NCBI GenBank assembly: GCA_964106915.2
Contig: OZ066918.1
Source: Podarcis gaigeae
Taxonomy: Eukaryota
Strand: one strand, 5' to 3'
Length of the DNA: 64,000 nucleotides
The translations under genes were made by a program, and so were the position numbers. Below the pieces are notes generated by a model, which was given only the letters and a program-made list of their open reading frames with translations, had not been told where the DNA came from and did not search any database. Positions 26,261-38,716 of this stretch are shown piece by piece. Every line of letters begins with the position of its first letter. Position 1 is the first letter of the stretch.

Positions 26261-26472
26261 CCGCAGCCAGTTATTTTTGTAATCTACCCCAGGATTAGAA
26301 AGTACGGAAGCAGTTGTAATTTTCCCAGCCCGATCCACTGTATTTACATCCCACGCGCTTTTTTACCTAGGGGGAAGCTCTGTTAAACATACTGCGGCTT
26401 ACTCCAGAGTCAACGTGCAAAGAATCGTACTACAGGGCTGCAGTGTCCTGCGTACGGGAATCTTAAGGCTGT

Positions 26473-26562
26473 CATAGCTGTCAACTTTTTCCTTTTCTTG
26501 CGAGGAATCCTATTCGGAATAAGGGAATTTCCCTTAAAAAAAGGAAAAAGTTGACAGGTATG
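26473..26562. mobile_element. short palindromic MITE between the ARMH3 and HPS6 promoters
   Basis: CATAGCTGTCAACTTTTTCC / GGAAAAAGTTGACAGGTATG inverted ends. Confidence 0.7.
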
Positions 26563-27949
26563 GTCCTAATGGAAAACTTCTCTTCTCCTTTACTAGTGAA
26601 AGGATCCACATCCACATAATTTGCCTCCAAGATCCCTAATCAGTTGATCCCCGTTCCTAAGACCTTGAAGTAGCCTGTGTAAAAGAAGCAGTTACCACCA
26701 CCAGGCAGGAGGGATCCTCCATGTGCTTTTACACACTCACACAGCACAAGCATGAAGAAACCCTAGCTGCAAATTAATCCATGCAATTTAATCAGATCAA
26801 ATCAATCAGCTGGTTTGTTGACCTGTAAATGTGTACTCTTCATGTACCGCTGCGCATACTCACTGTTAGATAAGAACAAACTGTTGACGTTTGGTTCGCT
26901 TGCTTGCAGTCAGCAGATTTGCAGAAATTTGCAACTAGACGGCTGTTCATCCTGCTCTGCAGATAGTCTGGGCGTGTTTGTCATTCCAGACTTTTTCCTG
27001 CCCCTGCTTGTTTGCTTCTGAAGAATAAATAAATACAAAGACGGGAAATGTGCCCCACTCTTGGCAAAGCAAGAAACCTCATCTGAGAAGTATTGCCACC
27101 CACACACACATTTGTATAGTTCAGACACACCATCCTTAAGAACATAAGGACAGCCTGCTGGATCAGGCCAATAGCTGATCTAGTCCAGCATCCTGTTTTC
27201 ATAGTGGCCAACTTGATGCCTAGGGCAAACCACCAAGCTGGGCCCAATCCTTCCTATTCCCCACTACTCCTATGCAGGTAAAACTGAGGTTGCTTTCTGA
27301 AAAACTGGAACACAATATTCTCTGAGCCAAGACAGATATGCAACCCAATCCTATGCACCTTTACTCAAACGTAAGTTCCACAGTGGTTCTAGAATGTAAG
27401 GGTGCACAGGACTGAACCCCTTTTTGAAATAAACTTTGGTGGAGGTTTTATAAATGAATTTAAGAAAGCAGCCTGATCCTATGAGAAGAAAATTCAGTTT
27501 ATTTCAGTAGGGTTTATTCTCAAGGCTAGAAGCTGCTTTTTGTGTACTTCAAGCCCTGAACGTATTTGTTTGTGGACTGCACACCATGTTACTACAAGTT
27601 TAGACTGCCAACTTTACCCTAAAGCCACTTTCCTGTGAGGCCCACTCAAGCAGGGGGAACTATGACTGCACTGTTAAATAAAACCAGTGACTGGTCTCCT
27701 GTCAGAAAACCCCGAGGAAGCCTTCTGCTGCTTTCAACAATCCTAAAAACCACTGACTTGTGATTTACTTCGATGGTAAATTGCAGTGTTATACGAAGTA
27801 AACGCTGCTGAACACCATGGGATTTGCACCGGAGTAAACATGCATTGCAGGTAATGCAAAGCGGCTAATTTTGAGGGGCCAAAGGCCTGCTGAGTCCTCT
27901 CACCCTTCGTAGTAAATACTCTGCGACCTTCCTCTAAAAGTTAAACCGC

Positions 27950-28769
27950 TTAGAGATTCCGTCGAAATATGAAGCGCCATACAAGTGAAAACTAATGATG
28001 ATAATGACGTGTCTCTTTAACGCAGGGCGGAGCTGTAAAGCAGGCCCGGCAGGGCTCCTGCTCTCCTCTGCCTGCTTCTGCACTCCGGAGCCGCAGCTCA
28101 GTCGGGGCGGAGAGATTTTTAACCTCATCGGGCAGGGACGGAAGTAAGAGAGCCGGAGGCAGCTCGGGCTCTGCCGCCGAGGCCCGGCCGCGGAAGCAAC
28201 TGCGCCCGGAAACGAGAGGCCTCGTGATTGCAGTAATTGTGCGGGGCGCTGTTGCTTTCGGACCTGGACGGGGAGAGGCGCCGAGGTTCTCGCTGCCCGC
28301 GCGCCCAGAGCTTCGCTAGAGAAACGCCCGGGTCGACCTGCCTGCACTCGGCGCGGCGCTCGGCCTCCTCGGAGCGGACCCCGGGGCGCCTAAGGGAGAG
28401 CCGCTGTCAACTCCCGAGAGCGCGCGAGGAAGGGAGAAAAAGGGAAGAAGCGGGGCAGCGGGACGAGGGACGGAGCCCGGGAGTGCCAGGACCTGACCGC
28501 TGCGGAGGAGCAGGGCGCGCAGGAGCTGGCGGACTAGAGTTAAGGGGACTCGGGAGGCGTCAGTGGCAGGCAGCGGGGCCCCCCTCCTCGAGGACGTGGA
28601 AGCGCCCGGCGAGAGCAAGAAGGGCGTCGAGGGGGGATATAGTGGCGCCGGAGAGACCGGCTGGAAGAGGCAGGGCGCGTTGGGGAGGCGCCGCCAGCTT
28701 CGCCCCGCCGCGGCGCGTCCCGCTGAGCTCCTTCCCCATGTGGTCGGCAGCCGCGGCGGACGCCCCGAG
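27950..28769 (+). promoter_or_regulatory. HPS6: CpG-island promoter / 5' UTR of HPS6
   Basis: High GC and CpG; GC boxes (GGGCGG) near 28025 and 28105; ETS-type CGGAAG near 28140 and 28191; directly upstream of the HPS6 ATG. Confidence 0.7.
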
Positions 28770-31217
28770 ATGAAGCTGCGGCAGGTCTCGGACTGGAGCG
28801 ACTTCGTTCGCGGCCGCTGCCTGCGAGAGCTGCTGGAGCAGGGTCGCCCGGGCGAGGCTCCCAGCCGCCTCCTAGCCAGCCCGGACAGGCAGCATCTGCT
28901 TCTGTTGTGGAACCAGCCGGCCTCGCAGGCTCGGGTTGTGGCCTTCCAGCGCCTGGGCGCGGACGGGGCGGACCTGGAGAGGAGTTGGCAGCCTCCTCAG
29001 CCGCCCGTGGTGGGGCTGCTTTTCCTGGAAAGCCCCGCGACAACTGTCCCTTGGGTGCTGACCATCATCTGGGAGCATGGCAAGACTGAACTCTGGCGAT
29101 TTGTGCCCGCAGTGGGGTGGCACTTGCTGCAGAGCCTGGAGCTGTGCCATGGAGCTCGTGCCCGGGTTGTCTCCATCTGCAGCTGGGGGGCCCAGCTGGT
29201 GTGGTGTGAGGAGAGGCCCCCCTTGGACGCCCAGCTGATGCCCGAGAGGAGAGCCTTCAGGTACTGCATCTGCACTAGACGCCTTCAGATCGGGGAGCAG
29301 GGAGCCCAGCTGAGCCCCTTAAGGATTGTCTTGCACAACAGCCCTGTGTACCGAGTTCTCGCCTCACCCTCTGGTGTTTTCCTGCTGCCCACTCCAGCCA
29401 CCTTCCAGGGAGTAGCCAAGTTTGTCCTCATCTGGCGTCCTGAAAATGCTGACATCATCATTGCTGCTCCATCCAAAGGTTGCATTTGTACTAAGGCTTT
29501 GCTTCCAGGCAGTGAAGTGGACTTCAAGAAGCTGCTCTTGGGCTGTGTGGGACTCTTGGCAAACATGGACCCTTTGGATATCCACAGCTGTGTGCTCTCT
29601 AGTCGCAGGGGGCTCCTCCTGGTTAGCACGGCAGGAGCTGTGGAGCTGGTACAGCCTGACGGAGTGTGGAGACCCATCTTTGACTTTGGGGGAAGTGCCT
29701 TGGCTCCAGGGGAGCAGGTCCAGCTGAAGGTTTTTGGGGACACCCTTGCCTGCTTCTTTGGAGGGGCTCTTTATCTTGTGGACTTGGGCAGCAGGCAGTT
29801 GATAGAAAAGAAAGTCCTGAGCACGGAGGAAGTGCTTTTTTTGGACTTCCATGCCGAGGAGGAGGAAGTGCAGCTCCTGGGTCCAAATGGCATCTACAGC
29901 CTTGACTTCTCTGGTACCGACAGGGAAGAGCCCACCCTGGTGGAGATGGTTTTTGAAGAGGCCTGCAAATACTATCAGCGGCGGAGCCTCAGCAGCTCTC
30001 AGCTCACCGTAGAGAAACTGAAAAAGGGAGACATGTTCCAGGCTCCCATTGCACTCTCCTCCATCCTGTGCTATAGCCTTGCTTCCAAGGATAAACGTCC
30101 CAGGGCTCTCCCAGAGCCTTATGCCAAACTGCTGGGCACAATGCAGCTGGAACTGCAGAGCTACCAAAAGCTGGAATTCCTTAAATTGTGTGTGGTCGGG
30201 GCCTCGGAAAGTGAGGTGGAGAGCTATGGTGAGACGCTCGTGGAGCAGGAGCTCGGTCGTCTTCTACACTTGGACTTAAACAAGGAGAACCTGGCCTATC
30301 TGAATGCCATCTTCAGTTCCTTCCCTGGGGCCTCTTGGAAGGCTATCCAAAACCACCTGCAACTGCAACAGAATGGGGATGGAGTACTGGTAGCCAGAGC
30401 TACTCCAGATGTGTGGAAGAAAATCTTGGGGGGATCAGTGCCCGGCCTCAGCAAGCAAGAGGAGGGGCCTCTAAATGGGATGGTTCCACTTTTTGAACTC
30501 GTCTGTCTCTTGCTGCACCAGTTCAAGCCTAAGTGGCTGCCTCAGTTTGTGGGGCTGTCCCAAGAGTACCTGGGTGCCTCTTGGACTTACGGCAACAAGG
30601 AGGGCCCCGAGGGTGCTGTGCCCCTCTACAAAAGGGCACTGGCTGTGCTGCCAAGGAGGAGCAGGGGCTCTCTGGCAGATGGAGAAATGGAGATTGAGCT
30701 CCTGCTATGCAGCCAGCGGCCCAAAGCCATTCTGCAGGCCATGGACCTCCTTATCCAGCATAGGAGATGGCAGCGTGTGATGGAGGCTGCAGAAAAGTTC
30801 TCCATGCTAAGCCCTTTGCTGAACAAAGAGATCTTCGCCATCCTTTTGAGAGAGTGCTCCCAGCATAGGGACCTGGACCCTTACTTGGACAAGCTGTGGG
30901 AACTCTGCCCTGCAAATCTGAGCGCTTCTGACATCCTGAGCGTTCTTCAGCAATACTTACCCCCAACAGAACTTGATCCTCCTCCCTTTCTCCCAGGTGG
31001 GTCATCCCAGCTGACTGTTGGCCTGCTGAAGCCCCTGTTGCACAGACTAGCCCAGGGCCCACCTGGCCAGGATGAAATCTATGCTGTCTTACAGAGTCCA
31101 TCTTTCCCACCACCAACCCCACCCAGGCAAAAGAAAGATACCCCAAAGGCAGCTGCCCAGGAAGAATCAACCCCCTTTCAGAACCACACACACCACTCAT
31201 TGCGTGAGGTGGTATGA
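28770..31217 (+). CDS. HPS6: HPS6, BLOC-2 complex member (Hermansky-Pudlak syndrome 6 protein), single exon, 815 aa
   Basis: Uninterrupted ORF; first ATG gives MKLRQVSDWSDF (compare mammalian LRLLSDLSAF); HPS6 motifs LVWCEER, VFEEACKYYQRRSL, PLYKRALAVL, ELLLCSQRPKAILQA, LTVGLLKPLL; intronless and next to ARMH3 as in mammals. Confidence 0.95.
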   Translation: MKLRQVSDWSDFVRGRCLRELLEQGRPGEAPSRLLASPDRQHLLLLWNQPASQARVVAFQRLGADGADLERSWQPPQPPVVGLLFLESPATTVPWVLTIIWEHGKTELWRFVPAVGWHLLQSLELCHGARARVVSICSWGAQLVWCEERPPLDAQLMPERRAFRYCICTRRLQIGEQGAQLSPLRIVLHNSPVYRVLASPSGVFLLPTPATFQGVAKFVLIWRPENADIIIAAPSKGCICTKALLPGSEVDFKKLLLGCVGLLANMDPLDIHSCVLSSRRGLLLVSTAGAVELVQPDGVWRPIFDFGGSALAPGEQVQLKVFGDTLACFFGGALYLVDLGSRQLIEKKVLSTEEVLFLDFHAEEEEVQLLGPNGIYSLDFSGTDREEPTLVEMVFEEACKYYQRRSLSSSQLTVEKLKKGDMFQAPIALSSILCYSLASKDKRPRALPEPYAKLLGTMQLELQSYQKLEFLKLCVVGASESEVESYGETLVEQELGRLLHLDLNKENLAYLNAIFSSFPGASWKAIQNHLQLQQNGDGVLVARATPDVWKKILGGSVPGLSKQEEGPLNGMVPLFELVCLLLHQFKPKWLPQFVGLSQEYLGASWTYGNKEGPEGAVPLYKRALAVLPRRSRGSLADGEMEIELLLCSQRPKAILQAMDLLIQHRRWQRVMEAAEKFSMLSPLLNKEIFAILLRECSQHRDLDPYLDKLWELCPANLSASDILSVLQQYLPPTELDPPPFLPGGSSQLTVGLLKPLLHRLAQGPPGQDEIYAVLQSPSFPPPTPPRQKKDTPKAAAQEESTPFQNHTHHSLREVV

Positions 31218-33181
31218 AGCTTAGAGGTGGGGACAGGCAAAAGGGCATCCACAGTAATTGGGCCTGGTGGGGTCAGGAGCCTTCAACCTGTGTATCCACT
31301 TAGGCCCTGCATCAGCAAGCTGCCTCTGCCAGAGTGGGAGGTAAATCCCAAAGTTTATTGCATTGCCAATGGGTTTTTTGGAAGAGTGCAGAGCTTGTAG
31401 CAAGGCTTGGGTGTTTCTGGTGCCTTAAACAAGAGCAGATAAAGTCACATGCGAGCTACACTATTGCTCACACAGTTGAGACTAGCTGAAGAACTGCTGC
31501 TGGTGTGTTCCCTTCCATTTGTGAATGATGCTGGTGGGCTTGGGTTTTGTTAAACTTCCTCTACGTTTTGGTAAAATGCTAGTTTACATGCAACTGACGT
31601 ATTTGCATGCGAGCTTAGTGTCACTGGGGAATTGCCTTGCTTTGACTACCTTAAGGATACGCATCTTGAACTTCCATCAATATGCTTTAGTAGTTACCTT
31701 TTAAAGTGCAGGGATTGCTCCTGGCAATATGCCATCCTGTATGTTGCCAAGTTTCACTGACCAGTATTACTTCCCCCTGAGACCAGCATTTTGGAAAGTC
31801 CCTGACAGAAAGCATGTCCTCTGTCTGCTTCTCTGGCTGATAACCCACAGCTCACTCCTCTGATGTGTTTAAACATGCATTATTTACCTGCAACTGGGGA
31901 AGCCCCACTGCAAATGTGTGCGCACACCTTTGTCCCCTAGAGTGGTTTTATCTTTTGCTTTTTATAAAAAAAGAAAAGTGGAGGTTGTCAATAGAAGGAG
32001 CTCTGCAGTTCCCTGGGGTAGGGCATGCCCTGTACACTTGCAGAGTAGTGTAACCCTTGCCTCGTGTTTGGGACCCCACGCTGGCTGTAGGCTTAAATCA
32101 AACGTATCTCTATTATAGAGGAAGAATGATGGGGACTTGGAGCAAGACAGTAATGCTTGTTGGTGTCTTGCATTTCCTTCATTCTGCCCAAGAATAACTG
32201 CCATTGGGGATGAGGAATATTCTCACCTAATGAGACTTTCATCACTGAAGCCGCCTTACATAGATGGGGCAGGAAGAGTAAATTTTAACATTTCCAGACA
32301 GGAGTGGGTTTTTCTTTTTCTTTTTGCAGGTGGGAGAAAAAATTTTAAACCTTATGAAATTGCTGAAATCCCTTTTTTTTAAAAATGCAAAGGTTCCCCA
32401 ATATGGTACAAAGGAGAGAGATGGCTTATTGAGTGTAAGCAGCAAGTCACCATGCAGTTCAGTTTTCAAACTCAATGGGTGGGTTTGCCAGCCAAAAATG
32501 GGGTGGGGAAGGCTTTATTACTTACAGGATTCTTTACGCCTGTTGAATTGGGTGGGTAATTTTCTGTCGGCTTATGACCCTTTTTAAGACAGGACCCTGC
32601 CCTGAGACTGAGCTGCCTGAATTCCAAGCAGATCACATGTATTCTGCCTCAGCCCAAGCCTGATGCTGCAGCAGCGCCTTAGCAATCTGGATTTTTCCTG
32701 TGCAGATCAAATACGTCTTTTTGGTGCTGCAGATTAGCCTTTCCTGGGCTGGGGAAATAGATAAGTAGCAGAACACAAGGACAGCTTTGGATCTTGCCCC
32801 CTTCTGTCAGATAATGAGGAAAGCCCTACCAATACTGACCAGTGACCAGTTTGTCAATACTTGGCATGCAGAGGTATAATTGTGTTACTGGGAGTTGCCT
32901 TCCAAAACCAGCACAAATTGAGGACTTGTTGCAAACCTAGTTAATCTACATCTGCAATACTGTTTACAAGTTTTCTTCAGGCTCTCAAGGAACCCATAAT
33001 ACGCTTCCTCACCCTGGAGCCATTTTTTAAAAAAATAACTATAAGGATAAGACGAGAGTACCGTAAATTATCTTGTCCTTCATACCTGAAAACTTAAGAG
33101 GAATGTGTGGGTTCTTGTAAAGAGGAGTGGGCTTTCTTTTTCCAAGTGCTGCACAAATATCCTCTCTGCAAAACCTAAAAA

Positions 33182-33195
33182 AATAAATAAATTAA
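33182..33195 (+). terminator. candidate polyadenylation signal for HPS6
   Basis: Overlapping AATAAA hexamers about 2 kb after the HPS6 stop. Confidence 0.4.
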
Positions 33196-35386
33196 AAGGT
33201 TTTGACAGTGCTGGGATTCACAAGCTTCCCTTTGATGGCCCAGTGAGGCCTCTTAGGCAGAGGATTAAGAGAAACTGCCCACATAATGGTCCTTGGATGG
33301 TGTGTTTGCCCTGCCCATCCTGAGTAACTTGGCAGAGAATTTTTTTATGCTAATCTTGGCAAGTTTATTCTGTTTTTAATGAGATTCTTGTTTTTGAATC
33401 CTGTGTGCTGTATGCAGTATTAAAAGGTAAACAACCTTGAAGAGGACTCATCTGTGGCTGTGAAGTACCTGGCATATGTATTGTTGGGCACCCAGCTGTG
33501 TGTGCCTTTTCTGTTGATTCAGGCTTGGCCTCACTTGTTAATGGGGAACAATCATCCCAGCAGATAAATTGCAGCCTGACCCAGAAAAAGTCCCTCCACT
33601 AAAAAGCAAACCATTGCTGGGAAGGAAAGCTGCAGCGGGCAAGCTGTTCTGCTAGCAATCAATGCACCTTTTGTCTGCTTATTCATAGCACAAGAGCTGT
33701 GCTGGCAGCTGCCCAGCTTCTTCTGTGAAAGCAGTTATGGGGGTCATAGTCTACCTTTTAGATTCCCTCACAGTTGCCTCCAACAAAGGAGAGGTTAAAA
33801 GTGTCCCTTCAAGTGGAGGGGGGAGATGTAAAGAGATTTGACAAGAGCTACACAAGTGCAGGAGGGAAGGGAGAAGCAATAAGTAAATGGTTGCAAACCA
33901 GCTTGAAACAGGATTTCATTTTATAACAAGAGGGGAGTAGCGTGTGATGTCTCTTTATACATAAAGAACAAGCAGCCTCCTTGGTCTGGATTTTTTTCTG
34001 GATTTTATAAGCAGCAGCATGTAATACTGATTATTATGCTTCCAGGGGTGCCTTTTCCTAAAGGATGTCCTGGCTTTGTATCTGTTCCTTTGATGGAAAC
34101 CAGAATACAATGGATTGGGGTGATGGTATTCCACTGCTGAAAGAGCACTAGCCAATCCAGTGCAATAGAATCCCAAGGTTATATTTAATAGCAGTGTTTG
34201 CAGGAGTTACCTATTAGAAGACCTCGTAGTTATTTGCTCTCCTCTCTATACACTCTTTGTATTTGTAAAGATCCAATGACAGATTTCAGTTTCCTGACCG
34301 TCTGATACTGTACTTGGCAGTGGCAGCTACCAGGTCATTTTAAGAGAGTCACAAAATGGGCAGGGAAGTATTCAACAAAGTTGAGTATTAAAATTACTGG
34401 GCCTGACTTGTTCATCAATTTCTGAGTAAAGTTCAGTTGAGTGCCACTCTTGGATCACTTCCAGTCAATGGGCACAGGAGGAGCAACTTCCAGTCCAACA
34501 AGGCAGCACTAGATTTTGTGACCCTTAGTTCTCACGGAGCCGTTTCTCTACAGAAGTTCTTCCACCACTTTAATTTTCCAATATTGCAGCCCTGGCTTAT
34601 ACCTTACAAAAGTAATGGAAAGTCTGATTGCACTGAAGTGATATAAAAAGACAATGGATCATCCAATAATTATAGAAAATGCTAGAAGAGCGCTTTCACT
34701 CACACGGGGAACTGTAGTATCACATGTACTCTGGGTATGGGTGGGTTGTGGCATTTAATTCAAGCGGCTTATTACTACAGCAAGATCAAGGGAGGAAAAG
34801 TGGGGGTAGATATTTCACTCCAGATTGCTAATCATTTCCCACTTCTGATCCTGTGGTGTTACACTATGATTCCTGGATTATCTAGTACCACTCATACAGA
34901 CTTTGTTTTCATTTTCATTTGAAATCTTGTAGGGCTTGGCAATTGGAAGTGCCACTGTGTCTGCACTTTGGAAATGCCACAGAGAATCGGTTTCCCATCC
35001 TGGACATAATAATGTAGAATTACTTCCCCCTAAGGTTAACTATACCTCCTTGTGAGTTTTCCCATGTTCTCTGCTTTGCCACACTAGTGAGCAGAGTTAG
35101 GGATACTTTGCAGACTGATGTTGCAGTGATAAATGCTTCCCGTTTCTTATGGCATACTTGTTCCTCGTGTTTTACATGACTGCAGCATATGTATGGGAAT
35201 CTTTTGCTCTCCAGGCCAAATGTTCCCCACCTGCTTCAGCATATCTTTCTAACCTTCTTAAGTCTTGATTGTAACTCCTGGGCACCTCTTCTCACTACAC
35301 AACACTTACCAGGAATTTGCGCACTTACAAATCAGTACACAAATGTCAGCCCTCAAGCTGTATGGCTGCTACACAGTAGTGTACCC

Positions 35387-35388
<2 letters not shown>

Positions 35389-35437
<49 letters not shown>
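35389..35437. repeat. (CT)n microsatellite
   Basis: about 23 units. Confidence 0.95.
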
Positions 35438-35442
<5 letters not shown>

Positions 35443-36359
35443 TTTTTTATTTAAAAAAATTGTCCAGCTAGGCTTTTGTCTTACACTTCAGAATTCACCT
35501 ACCACATTTTCTGAGAGGGTTGTAAAACATTTCAGTAAGTAAGTTCTGTTGCAATGTAGTCTTTTTCCCAGATGGCTAAAAATATCCTGCTGAACATCTG
35601 TGCTGGTATATCTTGATCCAGCAGTAATAGCATAATACCTTGCCTCTTGGTATTGGAATTAAAGGATAGCACTGATGAATTGGGAACTGCCACACCAGTT
35701 TGTTTTTAAGGTAGGAGATGAAGACCCATATGAGAGATTATAAAAGACTCAAAACTGGAATGGATACTAAATAGAATGGTGTTGGAAGGCTTATAGCATT
35801 TTGGTGGTGCAGGGCAGTACTAAAGAATAGGTGTTGTTTAGGGAGGTACAGCTACCAATAAGAAGCTGGCTTTTATTAGCTTTAATAGGGCTTTGAAACC
35901 TCCCTCACTGATCAAGTATAGTGGGCATACAGTGCCTCCTACAGTTTACATTTGGACTATCTGCTCTTATCAGTGATGCTGTAGGAAATAGCCACTATAT
36001 GCCTGATGTGACCTCATAACCACATCATTCTTAATAGCAAGTATAGCCAGTGATATGCTAGCAATTTGGAGGAGATTGCATTTTCCCAGCAACAAAAATG
36101 CTGCAGACTCCCTATAACACACGTACTGAAAAGGCAGCTGGATCTCATACAGTAATTCTGTACCAATCTTTAAAAATACTGAATAAAAATGTATCGTCAG
36201 GAAGAACTCTTCTCATTAACTAGGGGATTTGTCCAGCCTCAGAACCCTGATTAAGTTCTCAGACAGCAGCCCAAATGCAGCAAGATCAACGCGCTGCTGG
36301 ATCAGAAGCCAAGTGTGTAAATAATGCTTATCTACCCACAGTAGGAAACCAAATTGAAA

Positions 36360-36826
36360 TTTATTAGAAACAGGAATGGGGTGCATGGGAGGCTTCTTTC
36401 CACCTGGGAAAATACATCACTACAATAACGGAGACCAAATTTTAAAAACATACAGAAAATTAGAATTTTTCTGCAAATTAGAAAACATGAGATCCCATCC
36501 AAGCCTAGGTTATGAACAATGATATAGCACTGAAGAAAGACAAGTGCTATCTGGGCCAAATAACCAAATTGGAAGACAAGGATTTTAATTTTCATACTAC
36601 TGCAGATTAGACTCCTAACCTTGGCAATAAACATTCTACGTATATTTAGACCAGCATTTCTGGTGGAATGTACAACCCACTGGTGGTTGTTAAAGGAGGT
36701 AGTACAATGTATCTTGGAATCTGGCACATGCTGTTTCTGATTACTTCTTGGGTTTCTTATTGAAAGCTTGTAACACATTAAAGAGAGACAAGCTATACCA
36801 CACGGGCAATGCTCAACTAATTTATT
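36360..36826 (-). terminator. candidate polyadenylation signals for the prominin gene
   Basis: Minus-strand AATAAA at 36821-36826 and about 36360-36365, each followed by U/GU-rich sequence. Confidence 0.4.
36473..36611 (+). repeat. 139-bp direct repeat, copy 1
   Basis: 136/139 identical to 48655-48793. Confidence 0.95.
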
Positions 36827-38390
36827 TCACAAGCAGAACGGTCTCCGCTTGCACAAACAGGACTTCCCCCCCCCATCCCTGTGCATGTCCTGCACCACCC
36901 CCAAATTTTCTCCCAAGGATTGGGGGAACCCCTAAAACAGATTTAGTTGGGAGAACACTCTGTTGCACAAGGAAAAATCCTTCCACGGATGGAAGTTCGC
37001 CTTAGTGCTATACTGAATTCCACCCTCAGTTTAGATTGAAGGCGTGAAAGTTAGGCTGAGGCCATTCCCAGTTCTACTAGAGTTTTCGGTACGCAGTGAG
37101 ACCTACTTTTTTTTGGCACGATGCATTTGTATAAATTCATTGTTTTGGGAAAATATAAAATGCCAAAGACTGCAAATCAAGGAGGGGGGTAGAAGAAGTT
37201 CATACGATAGGGGAACATACAAATGCATGTCCTGAGGTAGCAAGGGACGACATGAAATGTGAAAAAGTGTTCTAGCCACCGACTTAGCCTTTGCCAACTT
37301 GGTGGTTTTCGGATGTTTAGGACTGCCATTTCCCATCGGCCTCAGCAATGGTACTGCCTTGGGAAATCACTGTCTGAAACATCTGGAGGACAGGTTGCTG
37401 ACGAGTGGCCTAAGGCAACATGTGCTTTCGGCACATGTGGATTAGCAGAACCATACAGTATGGGTTGTTTGGTTGTTGTTTTTTAGCTACGGCTCCTTTT
37501 GCTATACAGTACTTGCTCCTTTCTTTCCAGTCTAGAGTAGGGATGGGGAGAAGGTGGGACCACCTAGCACTTGCTGGTTGCTGGGATTCTTGTTAAGCAG
37601 GAATGGAGAATGTATGGCCCTCCAGATGTTGCTGGACTACAACTTCCATAAGTCCTTATCATTTGCCATGATCACTAGGGCTAATGGGAGCTGGAGTCAG
37701 ACAACATCTGGAAAGCCACAAGATCCTCATCCCTGTTGCAAAGGATAGATAGAAATTGCCCTGAGACAGTAAGGCACTATTTAGCATTTTTAAATAAGGG
37801 TGCATTGTCAATGCATTTTACAAAATTCAGTTATACCTTCATTATTAAGAGATTTAGAGCACACGATTTTGCTTTGTAAATTTAAACACACAGTAGAAAA
37901 CCACAGAGGGTTAAAAAAATAAAGTAGTCCCAATAAAACTGAAGTCAGCTCCCACTTCCTTGCTGGAGGATTGTCATGTTGCTCAGCATGATGCTTCTTG
38001 TAATGCCCATAATTGAATTGCCAAAATTCCCCAGCCAGTCATTTTAGCTTTGTCACACAAAATCCTGGATTCAGCCGCATCAGACGGCATTCCTCAACCC
38101 CAAGTAGAGATGGGGACAGGGAGAGTTTTGCTGCTTCTGGGTGGATTAATTGCATTCGCTGGAGCCACCGTCATTATTATGGACAGAAAGCAAGCACGGT
38201 CAGCCATCAACCCAAGCCAGCAGGCTCATTCAATGGCATATAAGTGTGTAAGGCACTGAAGAAGAGGCATGCTCTCCAGAATACTTATACATGCCACCGT
38301 ATGGCATAAGGAGCTACAGTCCCAATGGGAGGATGGTGGCTTTGCAGAAATGTCATAGTGCAGAGACTGCAAGCCCAGTCTTTAGGGTAG

Positions 38391-38392
<2 letters not shown>

Positions 38393-38428
<36 letters not shown>
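38393..38428. repeat. (CA)n microsatellite in the prominin 3' UTR region
   Basis: about 18 units. Confidence 0.95.
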
Positions 38429-38431
<3 letters not shown>

Positions 38432-38664
38432 GGGCTACGTATTGGGAACACAGCTAGGCCTGCTTTTGTGTAGCATGTCTTGCAGTTACCCCTAATGGTG
38501 TCATTCGCAGGATAAGCCAACTTGGCCAGGGAGAATTTGCTTCTGAGTGGTGATCCTTATGCTCCGCATTGGGAAGAGAAGCAAAGCAGTTCTGCAGACA
38601 TTCATGTGTCATCCTCAGTGATGCTCAAGAACGATAGGTGGCAAGGTAATTGGCAAGGTAACTG

Positions 38665-38716
38665 CTAGTTCCTCAGCTCTGCTCGGGGCATTTTGAACAT
38701 ATGTGGTGGCCTTGAT
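38665..38716 (-). CDS. prominin last coding exon
   Basis: [16 protein letters not shown]; acceptor tttctccctttgcag; F-x-x-P-R resembles PROM2-type tail. Confidence 0.85.

Noticed and set aside
28563-28769. GTG start giving an 884-aa HPS6
   Set aside because: Similarity to HPS6 begins at the ATG at 28770; the leader translation is low-complexity
27934-29043. Several 100-178 aa Arg/Pro/Gly-rich ORFs
   Set aside because: Expected from stop-codon scarcity in a CpG island
29285-30167. 267-aa and 152-aa minus-strand ORFs
   Set aside because: Antisense shadows of the GC-rich HPS6 coding sequence; no recognisable domain
36473-36611. snoRNA identity for the 139-bp duplicate
   Set aside because: No convincing C/D or H/ACA box architecture by eye; needs an Infernal scan
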